NCBI RefSeq assembly: GCF_001194135.2
Contig: NC_068981.1
Span: forward strand, 48,240,867 to 48,282,582
DNA length: 41,716 nucleotides
From: Octopus bimaculoides
Taxonomy: Eukaryota
Direction of reading: 5' to 3'
Shown here: positions 1 to 11,650 of the stretch, piece after piece
Layout: each line of letters begins with the position of its first letter
Position numbering within the stretch: the first letter of the stretch is position 1
Translations under genes and position numbers: made by a program
The notes under the pieces: model-generated
Told to the model about the DNA's origin: nothing
Database searches by the model: none
Seen by the model: only the letters and a program-made list of their open reading frames with translations

Positions 1-1772
1 AAGGAGACAAGAATGGCATCAATCCAGTCTTGAAGCACTTTCTCACTTCTCCAACAGTGACAAATTAAAATATTTAAGAGTTCCATCATTTTGTCACCCC
101 CATATTTCAAGACTTCTGCACAGATTCCATCAGATCCTGGAGACTTTTTGTTATTCAACTTATTCACAGCTAAATAAATGTCATTTAGATTTGGTTCAAA
201 TGCCATCTCTTCTATAACTGGAAGTTGTTCAATGTTTTATATCGTCCTCATATTAACGGATAATGGTCTATTCAAAAGTGCAGAGAAATGTTCTACTCAA
301 CGCTTATGAATAGAGGCGGTGTCAGTCAGAAGAAAACATCCATCTTCTGTTCTCACTGGAGCTATTGAGGAAGATTTCGGACCATATACCTCCCTAACAT
401 AAGAATACAAACGACTGGCATCATTTCTATCAGCTGCTTCTTGTGCCCCTTTTGCCCTATAATTCCACCATTTCTGTTTAATTTTCCTTAGATCAGTTTG
501 CACTCTCCTTTTCAGCTTTCTGTAAGTTTCATTTGAGTTGGGATTCAATGACTAAGAGAGCAGTGTATTGCCTAAGTTTTGTTTTTCTAAAAGTAGATCA
601 TGAATTTCTGCTGATCTATCTGAGAACCAATCTCTGGATTTATGAGATTTAAATCCCACTGACGAACTTGCAACCTGAAATACTTTTGTTTTGAAATCTT
701 CCCATAAATTGTTTGGGTCAAGATTAATACTTTCTATAGCGTCGTGGAATCTGTGGAAGTTGCTTGATAATTTAAAGTTTGCAACATTTAACTTTTTGGG
801 TATCTGAGGACCAGACTGTCGATTTTTAGGTTTTCTCGAAAAATCTATTTTGTCACGTAGTAGATGATGGTCAATCCAGCTCTCTGCCCCTCTCATGACC
901 CGAACGCTAGAAACGTCTTTCATAACACATTTCCTAATCAAAATATAATCTATGAGATGCCAGTGCTTATATCTTGGGTGCATCCAGGTGGCTTTATATC
1001 TATTTTTCTGCTTAAACAGAGTGTTAGTGACAACCTGATTATTCTCAGTACAAAACGTCAAAAGAGATACTCCATTTTTATTGTATTTTCCAATCTCATG
1101 TCGACCTAAAAGAGGCCATGAAACATAGTCCCTTCCAACTCTTGCATTGAAATCTTCCAAAATGACCAGCTTGTCAGAAATAGGTACTTTCCTCAATAAT
1201 CTTGCTACATTGTCATAAAACTGTCCCACAGTTTCATCAGAATGGGACATTGTTGGTGCATAAATACTGACAACGGTAAGAAACCTACCTTTTGTCACTT
1301 TGATACGACATGACATGATCCGGTCAGATAAACCATTTGGAAGCTCTGCAATGGAGGACACTAATGTATTCTTGAGAGCAAACCCAACACCAGATACTCT
1401 ACGCTGACCCTTAGGTAGGCCTTTCCAGAAGATAATATATCCATAAGCAGATTCCATTACTTGAATCTCACCAGAGAGACGAGTTTCAGAGAGCGCAACT
1501 ATATCAAGGGAATATTTCTTTAGCTCACATGCAATAAGTGCAGTACCCATTTCTGGCCTCTTCGTGAAATTATCATCAAGAAGTGTGCGCACATTCCAAC
1601 AGCCAAAATCCAAACGATGTTTATTTTTACTTTTTCTTGAGGACTGTTTGACCACAGTGGCAGGATGACGACCGGGTCCAGCCTGTGATACACTGGGACA
1701 CCTGCCGGGCCAGACCTGTTCCCCTGATGTTCCCAAGCCTTTTTTGCCATTTACTGAATTTGTTTCAGACAT
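1..1772 (-). pseudogene. Interrupted endonuclease-reverse transcriptase polyprotein of the RTE element
   Basis: Likely ATG at 1772 (MSETNSVNGKK). One reading frame throughout with in-frame stops TAG 554-552, TGA 299-297 and TAA 239-237, and no frameshift seen. ORF-track entries 552..1820 and 297..548 are pieces of it. Substitutions in conserved motifs: GDFN to EDFN, SDH to IDH. Confidence 0.9.
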
Positions 1773-2148
1773 TTTAAAATAAGTTACAGGTGCAGTTTTA
1801 GGTTTCTGCCAACAAACCAATTGAATGATTTTACTAAGATTTGGATTACAGGAAGTACCTGTGCAGATGAATAATTTTTAGTGGGCGTAGCTTGCACTGC
1901 ACTGCCCCCACTTATTAGCCCAAGACGACTTTCACCGGTGTGACTAGAGAATTGACAAAACCAGGAACTTCCAAGGCCTCAGATTTTATTTCGGAGATTT
2001 CCTTCTCCTAGGTAGATTACCAACCAATGTTAAAGGGCTTCTACCTGCCCATGAGGTAAGCCGTCCAATTCCAGACACCTAACCGACATTCAGACACTCT
2101 GTGAAGTGATCAAATATCTCTCCGCTGACCGATGTGGAGCAGCTCATC
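1..2148 (-). mobile_element. RTE-clade non-LTR retrotransposon (LINE), 5' portion: about 370 bp 5' UTR, APE endonuclease and start of RT; runs off the window at position 1
   Basis: APE endonuclease motifs WNVRTL, DIVALSETRL, GVGFAL, SIYAPT, EDFNARVG, TWMHP, HLIDYIL and IDHHL are followed in the same frame by the RT-proximal KSPGSDGICAEVLKYGG...QDWIDAILV. EN and RT in one ORF with no ORF1 is typical of the RTE clade. The UTR contains TAGGAGAAGGAAATCTCCGAAATAAAA, which resembles RTE 5' UTRs as I recall them. Confidence 0.92.
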
Positions 2149-2305
2149 CCCCCCCCAAAAAAATGCAAATATATAAATAAATAAATACAATAAAATAATA
2201 TATATAAAACGATTTTTTTTTAAATATTAAAAAAATATAATAGATAAAAAAATGGTATATATATAAAATAAAAATTATTCATATATACATATTTACAGAC
2301 ATTTT

Positions 2306-2500
2306 GTTTGATGGTCGTTGATGGTTCAGGAGTTCATCCGCCCTTTGACAGGTCTTATTTTTCGTCCTGCAGGGTGTCCAACAACACCCTCCTCACCAAG
2401 CAAGCCTGGTGAGGTTGCCAGTTTAGTCGCCGATGACCCGACCATGCAACAGGTTGTACTGGATTACATGTTACCTGTAGCACTGAAGAGCGACCTGACA
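2306..2500 (-). mobile_element. Isolated GC-rich fragment resembling an RTE-type 5' UTR or non-autonomous derivative
   Basis: GC-rich island in AT-rich flanks with several perfect hairpins (CCTCACCA/TGGTGAGG, AGGGTGT/ACACCCT). The motif AAGACCTGTCAAAGGGCGGATGAAC resembles RTE 5' leaders from memory; not database-verified. Confidence 0.4.
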
Positions 2501-4178
2501 CATATAAATATACGTATAAATATATGTATAGAAATATACGTAAGCATATATGTATAGAGATATGCATCATATATAAATATATATTTAGACGCACCCACAC
2601 GAGTATATATTATTGTAACTACTAGCAGCTCGCATCTTCGTATTCGAATTTCACGTATCCGATAATCATATTTGATATGAAGTGCAGTATAATTGATCAG
2701 TTATTCATAGTATATAGATAAGTGCCCACAGAAAAAGCCGCTGGTTAAGGTGAAAATGAAAGAAAGGGAAGGGAAGGTGAAAATCGATCCTTTTCTTGTA
2801 ATGAGAGATGAATATTTGAAGTGGATTTCATGCGCTTACGTACCGGTTGACGTTTAGAATTTAAACAGAACTGGGAGACTGTGATAAGTTTTTAAATGTT
2901 AAATTGCATAACCAGATTCTCACGATTACTTCGATCATGTATATTTCAAAGAAATATCTAGACAATAAATAATACAGGTGATATCCATTTGCAGGATATA
3001 CTCTATTATAATTCCTCTGAAATGTTATAAAAAATAATTAAAAAATTCCTACATTTTGTAATAAACAAAAGAAATGAAAAATAGATTTAAGAGACATTTA
3101 TGCATTAATCTATTATGTCATTATGTGAACTTGCAAGTGTTCACATATAATATGATCTTAATTGATAAACTGTTAAACAATAACTCGAACTGTGTTTCAG
3201 GTGCGCTTATACATGTTTCAACGAATTACAAGCTTGAAATTGTTTCAGATCGCTTGCGATTGTTATCATATACTCTCCACATACCTTATATAAATACATT
3301 TATATTTCAAGGATAGTTACATTATTATAATTCTTTGATGCAATACGATATACGTGTATTTATTCGTTGTGTTTATGTAGCGTGAATTATATGAAATTAT
3401 ATATGTTTCTATGTAAAACGTGTTTAGAAGCTAGTTGCAAGTATACAAGTAACTTGTTAAAATTGTACATGCGACAATTGGTTTAAAGTTTTGCCAAAAC
3501 ATGACATTTTATATGTGTTAATTGTGTAAATCATGGATGCGTCGTGTAATAGGAAGCGTATGGGCTGCGCATTTTAAAAGTAGTTAACATCAAGAAGTGC
3601 AGGGATGCAATGTAAATTACCAGGTGAGCACAGCAGCAAAAATGAAGTTCTACATATGGTGTATATTATTCTTGTCTTGATGATAACTGATATATCGCTA
3701 ATGTTCAAGAATGTACAATGACATACCGGACATATGTTTAGGAATAGCTACAAAGAACTTTCAGCATTGTTGTTGCAAACCTTCTAGAATGTTGAAACAT
3801 TCTAATGTGGTGGACAGATTGACATTTATAGGATGTATTTTCACACTTTTTAGTAGTACATGCAATCATGTACTGGTAACTATTTTGGCTCCAGTATTTA
3901 GATTATTGTTCGTCTGTATTTACGTTCTGAATTTAGAAACGCCAATATAAATACTAGTTGATCATTTAGGTATATTTAACCACTTTTCACCTCCTCCTGA
4001 GATTTCTGGACTTCGCTAAAATTTGAAACTGATATTTATATCACGGAAGCTATTTTCACACTCTCTATAGTAAGAAAAAGAGGAAACACGTGCATATGTA
4101 TGAATTTGCGTCATAGTATTCAGATCTACTCCGTCAATGAGTAGAATTTGATTACTTATTCCAACACAAAATTCAAAG

Positions 4179-4179
<1 letters not shown>

Positions 4180-4274
<95 letters not shown>
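4180..4274. repeat. (GT)n microsatellite
   Basis: Perfect GT run of about 95 bp. Confidence 0.99.
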
Positions 4275-4276
<2 letters not shown>

Positions 4277-4539
4277 GAAACCAATATAAAATCATAGCCA
4301 GAGTCATTTTCAAAATGTATTAATAAGCTTTATAATAATACGAGTGATAACTCGCTTCGAGCCATGCACCGTGTTTCACTTTCTGTCCTTCTGTCACACT
4401 AAAATAATTATCACTTTCAACTAATTGCTCTTATAGTTTAGTGTGAGACGCAACGCCATTAGCATCAACATCCGACACCCAAGTATTAGGTTACACCGGG
4501 CAATAGAGTAAGTCTGCCACTCATATACACCAATACGGT

Positions 4540-4745
4540 TTTGCAGCTCAAAAATAAATGTAGCCAGAGAAAATACCGGAAATTATATGGTCCATGATCC
4601 CTCTATGATCATTGTCGTGTACCAGTACCTACTTTTATTGGTTTTGGTAGAAGGAAATCTTTCAAACTAACTTCAGCGTTATTTGAACTCGGAGTGCTGA
4701 CATTCGGAACAAATACTGCATACCATTATGCTGTTTGCCGCCTCG
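4540..4745 (-). mobile_element. Degenerate tRNA-derived SINE
   Basis: Minus strand reads GAGGCGGCAAACAGCATAATGG...CAGTATTTGTTCCG...GAGTTCAAATAACGCTGAAGTTAG...AATAAAAGTAGGTACTGGTAC. It has a B-box-like GAGTTCAAAT and a body resembling common octopus SINEs (from memory). Confidence 0.55.
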
Positions 4746-5452
4746 GGAACTGAGGCTGCAAACTGATTTAGTATTCATTGAATTTTCATATCTAACATTA
4801 TGAGTAAGATTTGTATTTTATTTTTAGTAAAGTGCATATTTTTTACTCTGGGAGACTAAAAGAAAAGCAAATCTAATGAACATAGCAGCTGACTTACAAA
4901 TGATTTCAGTCAGTAGAATTGGTTCTGCTTTTGAACTTGTTTTGAATTATTGGATGCATTTCCTTCTATCACTTGAAACTATTATTTTTTAGTTGACTTT
5001 TCTATTTTAGAAAAGAAATTAGTATGTAAAAGAGTAAATAATGCTGTTTCTAAGTTCATTATATTATTTTCCACTTGAATATTTGTTAATATACACAAAA
5101 TGTGAAATTTAAAGACAAAAACGTATAAGGTAATGGAATCGTCTTTTGAGAAAATGAAAAACATTTTCTTGAAATATATCATTTAAAATATTCTATGAGT
5201 ATGGATATTTTTCAGTTATTTCACTGACACGGTACGTTAGTGTGGTTCACAAATGTATTATATGCCATCCGCCGGAATTCACTGCCAAATATTTCATTAA
5301 GAAAGAGGCATTTATTCATAAATATAAGGAATAACGTGGTCAGTTAGAAGTAGCAGCTAAGTTAGAAAGACACGTTTTAATGTTGAAGCAGTACCTTCAC
5401 ATTATAAATTACGACTCTATAAAATATGATATACATTAAATATGTAGATTAT

Positions 5453-5620
5453 GGGGGAAGTTGTTGAGCTGTTAGAATATCCGACAATATGCTTAGCGGC
5501 ATTACATTTGGTTCTTTAGGTCCTTAGTTTAAATTTCGCCGAGCGTTTCAGGTCGGTAAAGTAAGGCAGGAGTCAAGACTTGAGGACGATTTGTACTCTG
5601 CCTCCATGTTACTGGCCTTG
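5453..5620 (+). mobile_element. Degenerate tRNA-derived SINE
   Basis: GGGGAAGTTGTTGAGCTGTTAGAATATCCGACAATATGCTTAGCGGCATT...AGTTTAAATTTCGCCGAG is a decayed A-box/B-box head. It appears related to the SINE pieces at 4540-4745 and 32678-32715. Confidence 0.55.
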
Positions 5621-5735
5621 TACTAAAATTAGAGATAATTAAATATGTATATATGCAAAATAATAATTTCTTTTAAAGTAAGGAAACATCATTTTTGTCA
5701 CACGTCACCAACCAACATATTTCCTTATTATGTAT

Positions 5736-6056
5736 ACTAGCGGAAATACCACCCTCTGGGTGGTTTTTTGCTTGTCACTTGTAAATATTTCCACATTTAA
5801 TTCCCATTACTAATAATTTTGTTCATATTTTACGTCTAATTATGTCCTTGTATATTAGTAAATATTATTAAATATTGCTTTCATTATTTTATCATAGTCA
5901 TAATCTCTATTTTTTAAACAAACATCATGGTAGTCCAACAGCAGAGGGAGAAACGGTTTATCAAGTTTTACCTTCCCCTCAAAAAAAATATCTGTAAGAT
6001 TTGCAGTGAGTGTGAGAGGGAGAGAGAGGGAGAGGGAGAGAGAGAGAGAGGGAGAG

Positions 6057-6091
<35 letters not shown>

Positions 6092-7170
6092 ATTGCAAAG
6101 AATGAATGAAGTAAGTATGAAATGAAAAATCGTATAAATAAAAGGGCATTACTACAGATGTATACGCACCCGGATTTTATGTCTCATAGCATCTACAAAA
6201 ACGGATACTTTTTAACAAAATTTTCTACAAGTCCCGCTTAGATGCTGTGGCTTCACAGTATATTGAGAGCTATGGGAAAGAATTTTTGCGAGGTGGATAT
6301 TTGCCCCTCATAACTTTCAAGAAGATAGGTATCTTGTGATGGAAATTTATACAAATCATTTTCAAACGGCATAGATTACAATTATAAAGTAATCTGTGCG
6401 TAAAATGTTTTCGGAGATTTACCCGATTTTATTAAACCACAGCGTTCGAAATGATGGGGTTGGTGAGAATATCTTTAGATGAACGAAGATCTGAAAACTT
6501 TTTTACACCCCCTCCCTTATCATCTCACTGCCGACCTATTTTAGCCAATCTTTTTTTGCACCTCCAGACCACAGGAAGAGCATTTAGGTTAAAAAAAAAA
6601 ATATTGTTAATATTTTCGAGCGAAAAGTGATTTAGAGGTGATCTTGCTGTTGTTTCTGGCACATCCGTAGACAACCGTCTTCGTTTCTGTATCGCTCTCG
6701 CATGTTTTGATGGTTTTTAATATTTTTCCCCAAAATACATTTACATGCTATAAAAAAGAAAAATTCAGAAATTATAAATTTTTTAAAACCCCCTCTTCCT
6801 GCCGCTATTGAGCTCTTGAGAATGTCATTGCTGGCATTTATGCACAGTGATTAAAAAAAAAATTACGGAGATATAGCATGTAACTTCATCTGAGATCGTA
6901 TGCTGAAACAAAATAATTTGAACGTGGAAGATAATTGTAAACTAGTTAAGAACATACAAATACCTTTAGTTTCACTTCAACATAAAAACTTCATTTGTGC
7001 CAAAATATTTTCGTCGCTTTGAAACTGCGACCTGTTCGCTGACAAAACTACACAAAAGTGATGCAGCATGAAGTTGTATCAGTGAACAGGACACACACAC
7101 ACGCGCAAATGCACACACGCGCACACAGAGATTCATTGCCTTTCATTTGTGTGTATATATATCTATATGT
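5736..7170 (+). mobile_element. Probable non-autonomous Helitron-like (HINE/DINE-1-type) element; boundaries approximate
   Basis: Starts ACTAGCGGAAATACC with a perfect hairpin ACCACCC-TCT-GGGTGGT (5748-5764). Non-coding body; 3' region TTCAACATAAAAACTTCATTTGTGCCAAAATATTTTCGTCGCTTTGAAACTGCGACCTGT is followed by a CA-microsatellite and ...TTCATTTGTGTGTATATATAT. The classification is inferred from architecture only. Confidence 0.35.
6014..6088. repeat. (GA)n microsatellite
   Basis: Imperfect AG/GA run; explains the ERERE ORF 5927..6109. Confidence 0.97.
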
Positions 7171-8599
7171 CTGCGCGAGTATGCATTGACGAGTATGCAT
7201 TGTGTCACTGTTGAAGTTCCGAATAAGGTGCAAGTTTCGAGTACTTGTCGGTGACTTTTTGTTTTTTCTCCTAATATTCTAATAGCAATTACCCAACATT
7301 CTAGGCTCTTCACACAACTCTCACGCGTTTAAATATTATACGTCTATTCTGAAATTTTTCATTCAATATATAATGTTTTACATTACGTGTACATTAATAG
7401 TGACTTAAAGCTTAAAAGAGAAAATGAGAGACTTTGCAAATGAAAATGGGATGCTCTGCAGGTAATGCAATGTATGTTTAAGTGAGTCATGAATTGGATG
7501 CAGTGAATATTTAAATTTGCAAGAAAAATTTCAATAAACTTGAGAAAGCAAAGTTATAGGAAATTTCTTAGAACATGACTCTATAAAAATACTTCCAGAC
7601 GGTCAAACATTTAATAACTGCGATCTTTTAGTACTTTTAATAAGTTTCACTTGCATAATTAATAAGCACATTTCTCCATTACATTATAGATTAATTTATG
7701 CATCATAGCTGAAATTATTTGCAATTGTTGCCGTAATGCAATAACAAGATAATTACTGTTTAGTCTGATATTTAAAATATTTATATAAAAATAATATTAT
7801 ACATGGGTATTTTATATAGAAAATAAACAGTAAACTTGCACCAATTTTACATATGATTGACCATGCTTAGCAAGTTTTGTATTTTTCTTTTTAGATTTTC
7901 CAAATTTTTATATTCCTATCTATTATAATTTCAGAGCGTTGTATTCAGCGGCTATTAGTATAATGACATGAAGTAACAATAAATGAATTTTTTAACATTT
8001 GTAAGTTATCAATGAATTATTTTATTTGGTATATCAATTGAATTTATTACAACTAAGATTATTTCAAATACATGTGGAAGGTAATACAAAAGCAGTCAAT
8101 ATTTAGTTTGATAAATTAATTTCTTGCAGAGGAAATTTAGAATTTCAAATACCAACGTAATATTTATATGATATAAAAGAATAAAACAACAAATTTGAAA
8201 GCAAACAAATGCTGCAACCGAGGAAACTGTCCCATTTCATATACTTTTTATTTCTTACGCGTACCTCCATTTTAAAAATCAGCCAAAGTTTCAATAATTA
8301 TTCAATTAAAATATTCTTAATATAAAATCTATTTTTCAAGTGTTCAAAAGTCTCAAAATCTCGGAGTTAGACCGAATTTAAATTTAAACGAAGTTAGAAT
8401 GCGATATTGAAAAAGAATTTATCTATCAGGAAAGCGATGGGTAACTAACAGGTATGGTAAGCACATTCATATAGCTAAAGGCAGGGGGAACTTGATTCTT
8501 GCTAGTGAATGTTGAATGAGGAGAAAATGGACTGGAAGAATCTGTACTTAAAATGGTATAGCTACGATTATGTTAGTCAACATGCTATCGGCGGTCGTG

Positions 8600-8710
8600 G
8601 TACTCATGAAGGTGATGATGATAATGGTGGTGGTGACAATGATGGCAACCTTGACAACGAAGACGACAATGATTACAACTATGATGATGGTATCGAGGAT
8701 TGCGATGGTA
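8600..8710. repeat. Degenerate (GAT/GAC/GGT)n trinucleotide repeat
   Basis: GGTGATGATGATAATGGTGGTGGTGACAATGATGGC...; source of the poly-D stretch of ORF 8509..8952. Confidence 0.85.
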
Positions 8711-8980
8711 GATGTCCTTTAGTAGTTTTAATCCAGCGCTGGTTAAATATATCAAGCTGGAGGATGGCTGTTTTACCGGACTCACATATATTACAACACC
8801 CATTTCCAGTCCCAGTTGTACGAAAGCCCTTTCATAGCACACTTACACGTCTAAACGGGGATTATTTGAGGCATGTGCCCTTGCTCACATGCTGCGAACG
8901 TAGGTCATTACCCTCTTTATTACCTACATACTGTTCTCCTTATGCCATTTGAATAGTTCAGGTATTTCCAAAAATTCATA

Positions 8981-9013
<33 letters not shown>

Positions 9014-9878
9014 NNNNNNNNNNNNNNNNNNNNNNNNNNNNNNNNNNNNNNNNNNNNNNNNNNNNNNNNNNNNNNNNNNNNNNNNNNNNNNNNNNNNNNN
9101 NNNNNNNNNNNNNNNNNNNNNNNNNNNNNNNNNNNNNNNNNNNNNNNNNNNNNNNNNNNNNNNNNNNNNNNNNNNNNNNNNNNNNNNNNNNNNNNNNNNN
9201 NNNNNNNNNNNNNNNNNNNNNNNNNNNNNNNNNNNNNNNNNNNNNNNNNNNNNNNNNNNNNNNNNNNNNNNNNNNNNNNNNNNNNNNNNNNNNNNNNNNN
9301 NNNNNNNNNNNNNNNNNNNNNNNNNNNNNNNNNNNNNNNNNNNNNNNNNNNNNNNNNNNNNNNNNNNNNNNNNNNNNNNNNNNNNNNNNNNNNNNNNNNN
9401 NNNNNNNNNNNNNNNNNNNNNNNNNNNNNNNNNNNNNNNNNNNNNNNNNNNNNNNNNNNNNNNNNNNNNNNNNNNNNNNNNNNNNNNNNNNNNNNNNNNN
9501 NNNNNNNNNNNNNNNNNNNNNNNNNNNNNNNNNNNNNNNNNNNNNNNNNNNNNNNNNNNNNNNNNNNNNNNNNNNNNNNNNNNNNNNNNNNNNNNNNNNN
9601 NNNNNNNNNNNNNNNNNNNNNNNNNNNNNNNNNNNNNNNNNNNNNNNNNNNNNNNNNNNNNNNNNNNNNNNNNNNNNNNNNNNNNNNNNNNNNNNNNNNN
9701 NNNNNNNNNNNNNNNNNNNNNNNNNNNNNNNNNNNNNNNNNNNNNNNNNNNNNNNNNNNNNNNNNNNNNNNNNNNNNNNNNNNNNNNNNNNNNNNNNNNN
9801 NNNNNNNNNNNNNNNNNNNNNNNNNNNNNNNNNNNNNNNNNNNNNNNNNNNNNNNNNNNNNNNNNNNNNNNNNNNNNN
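9014..9878. other. Assembly gap
   Basis: N-run flanked by (TA)n. Confidence 1.
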
Positions 9879-10075
9879 TACAGGTGTGTATCTATATGTA
9901 TATATGTGTGTGTGTGTATATATATATGTGTATATATATATATATCTATACATATGTATATACGGGTGCACATGTGTATGCATGTGTAAATGCGCATATA
10001 TGCATGTATATGTGTGTGCGTGTGTGTATCAGTATGCATGTATATGTGTGTGTCGGTGTATGTATGTATGCATGT
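9879..10075. repeat. Compound (TA)/(GT) microsatellite
   Basis: Alternating pyrimidine-purine low-complexity tract. Confidence 0.93.
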
Positions 10076-10501
10076 ACGCTCTTACACATTGATTGGTATG
10101 TGTTGTCCAACCCACTATCCGGCAGCGTCCAATTCTCTAACGGTTTTTCTCAAATGAATCAAGTCATAACCTTATCCATCTATTGTTTTCATAATCGGTA
10201 ATAATGTCTTACGTTTAAGATGATTCCCATGCTTTCGCTGATGAGAAGGTTACGATTTTAATATCAAAGATCCCAATGGATCACATAGGTTGTAATCCTT
10301 TGAAACATATGTAGGAATAAAGTATGCAATTATAACACGCGTTTTCTCCAATCCTCAAATTCTTAAATGTACTCAAATACCCAAAATTTCAAGGAGTTCC
10401 TGCCTTAAAAACAGGAGCTAACCACAGTTATTTTGTGTTCTTTGCTACATTGGTTTCTATTAACCCATTTATTCTATCAGAAGAATTTTTATTCATTAAG
10501 A

Positions 10502-10686
10502 NNNNNNNNNNNNNNNNNNNNNNNNNNNNNNNNNNNNNNNNNNNNNNNNNNNNNNNNNNNNNNNNNNNNNNNNNNNNNNNNNNNNNNNNNNNNNNNNNNN
10601 NNNNNNNNNNNNNNNNNNNNNNNNNNNNNNNNNNNNNNNNNNNNNNNNNNNNNNNNNNNNNNNNNNNNNNNNNNNNNNNNNNNNNN
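10502..10686. other. Assembly gap
   Basis: N-run. Confidence 1.
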
Positions 10687-11650
10687 ATTTAAGATTTAAT
10701 TCACCATAAATTGTATTCACTCCTCGATTATGCTTGAACATGTCAAGTTTCGAGGTAGCTAAATAACTAAAATATAGTTCCATTTGTTTCTATTTGTACT
10801 CTGAGATTTTAGTTTTCATGATATCTATAATATAGAAATTTCCTGCAAGGCAAATTAAATTCCACTTACAAGCAATCTTCATGTTTGTATGACTGCGTTG
10901 TTGCTTTCCCATATGTCATTTGCTTATTTCATTCATATGACTGGGTCCATCATGCAGCATCGCTTTTTATATATCTATGAATTATTTTATTGATATCAAA
11001 ATACGTATATTTTGAAGTTTCTTATTGCAAAGGTATATCTCTATGATGTTTGAGTCATTTTTTTTTTTGCAAATCATTTATTTGTGTCTTCACACACACA
11101 CACACACGCAAACACGCACACATACACACACATACACACAAATACACATATACATTTATGGATTACAATATGAAAATAATAACTGTGTAATTTCTCATTT
11201 GAAAATATATAAATCTCGCTGCAATAATCTACTAATTTCCATGTAAAACAACAGCTTCGGTCTAAGGTACATCACCAATAATTGTCAGAGATGAGTGTGA
11301 GCTAATTCCATGAAACCAAGTAGATCACTGGTAATAAATTTCAACCCACCTTCACAAGATATAATTCAGTTTGAATGCATTTGAGATCAGAGTGTAAAGA
11401 GTGCAACTAAAACAACGTTATTTTTTCTACGCACTAAAGATTCTGCAAGGTCACTGCCTTAAATTTTGTAATGAAGTACCTTTCATAAGTAAGTTAGAAA
11501 ACTGTCTCCGGGTAGAAACGGAAATGCATATCACTTGATGATTGGCAGTATTCAGGAATGTTTTATAACTTTAACTGTTATAATTGTGGAAATGTTTCTA
11601 GCTATTTATACAAATTTGTTATATTTCATCAAACATAGAAATATTGAATA

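Noticed and set aside
864-1750. Short ORFs 864..1109 (+) and 1520..1750 (-)
   Set aside because: Antisense or alternate-frame shadows of the RTE endonuclease ORF.
8509-8952. 147-aa ORF with an acidic DDNDGN stretch
   Set aside because: The core is a degenerate GAT repeat and the remainder has no recognisable motif.
8924-10039. Long ORFs spanning N-runs (also near 16.0-16.5, 22.0-22.6, 25.3-26.3, 27.1-28.4 and 34.0-35.0 kb)
   Set aside because: They are open only because N codons contain no stops; the flanks translate microsatellites (YIYI, ERER, HTHT).
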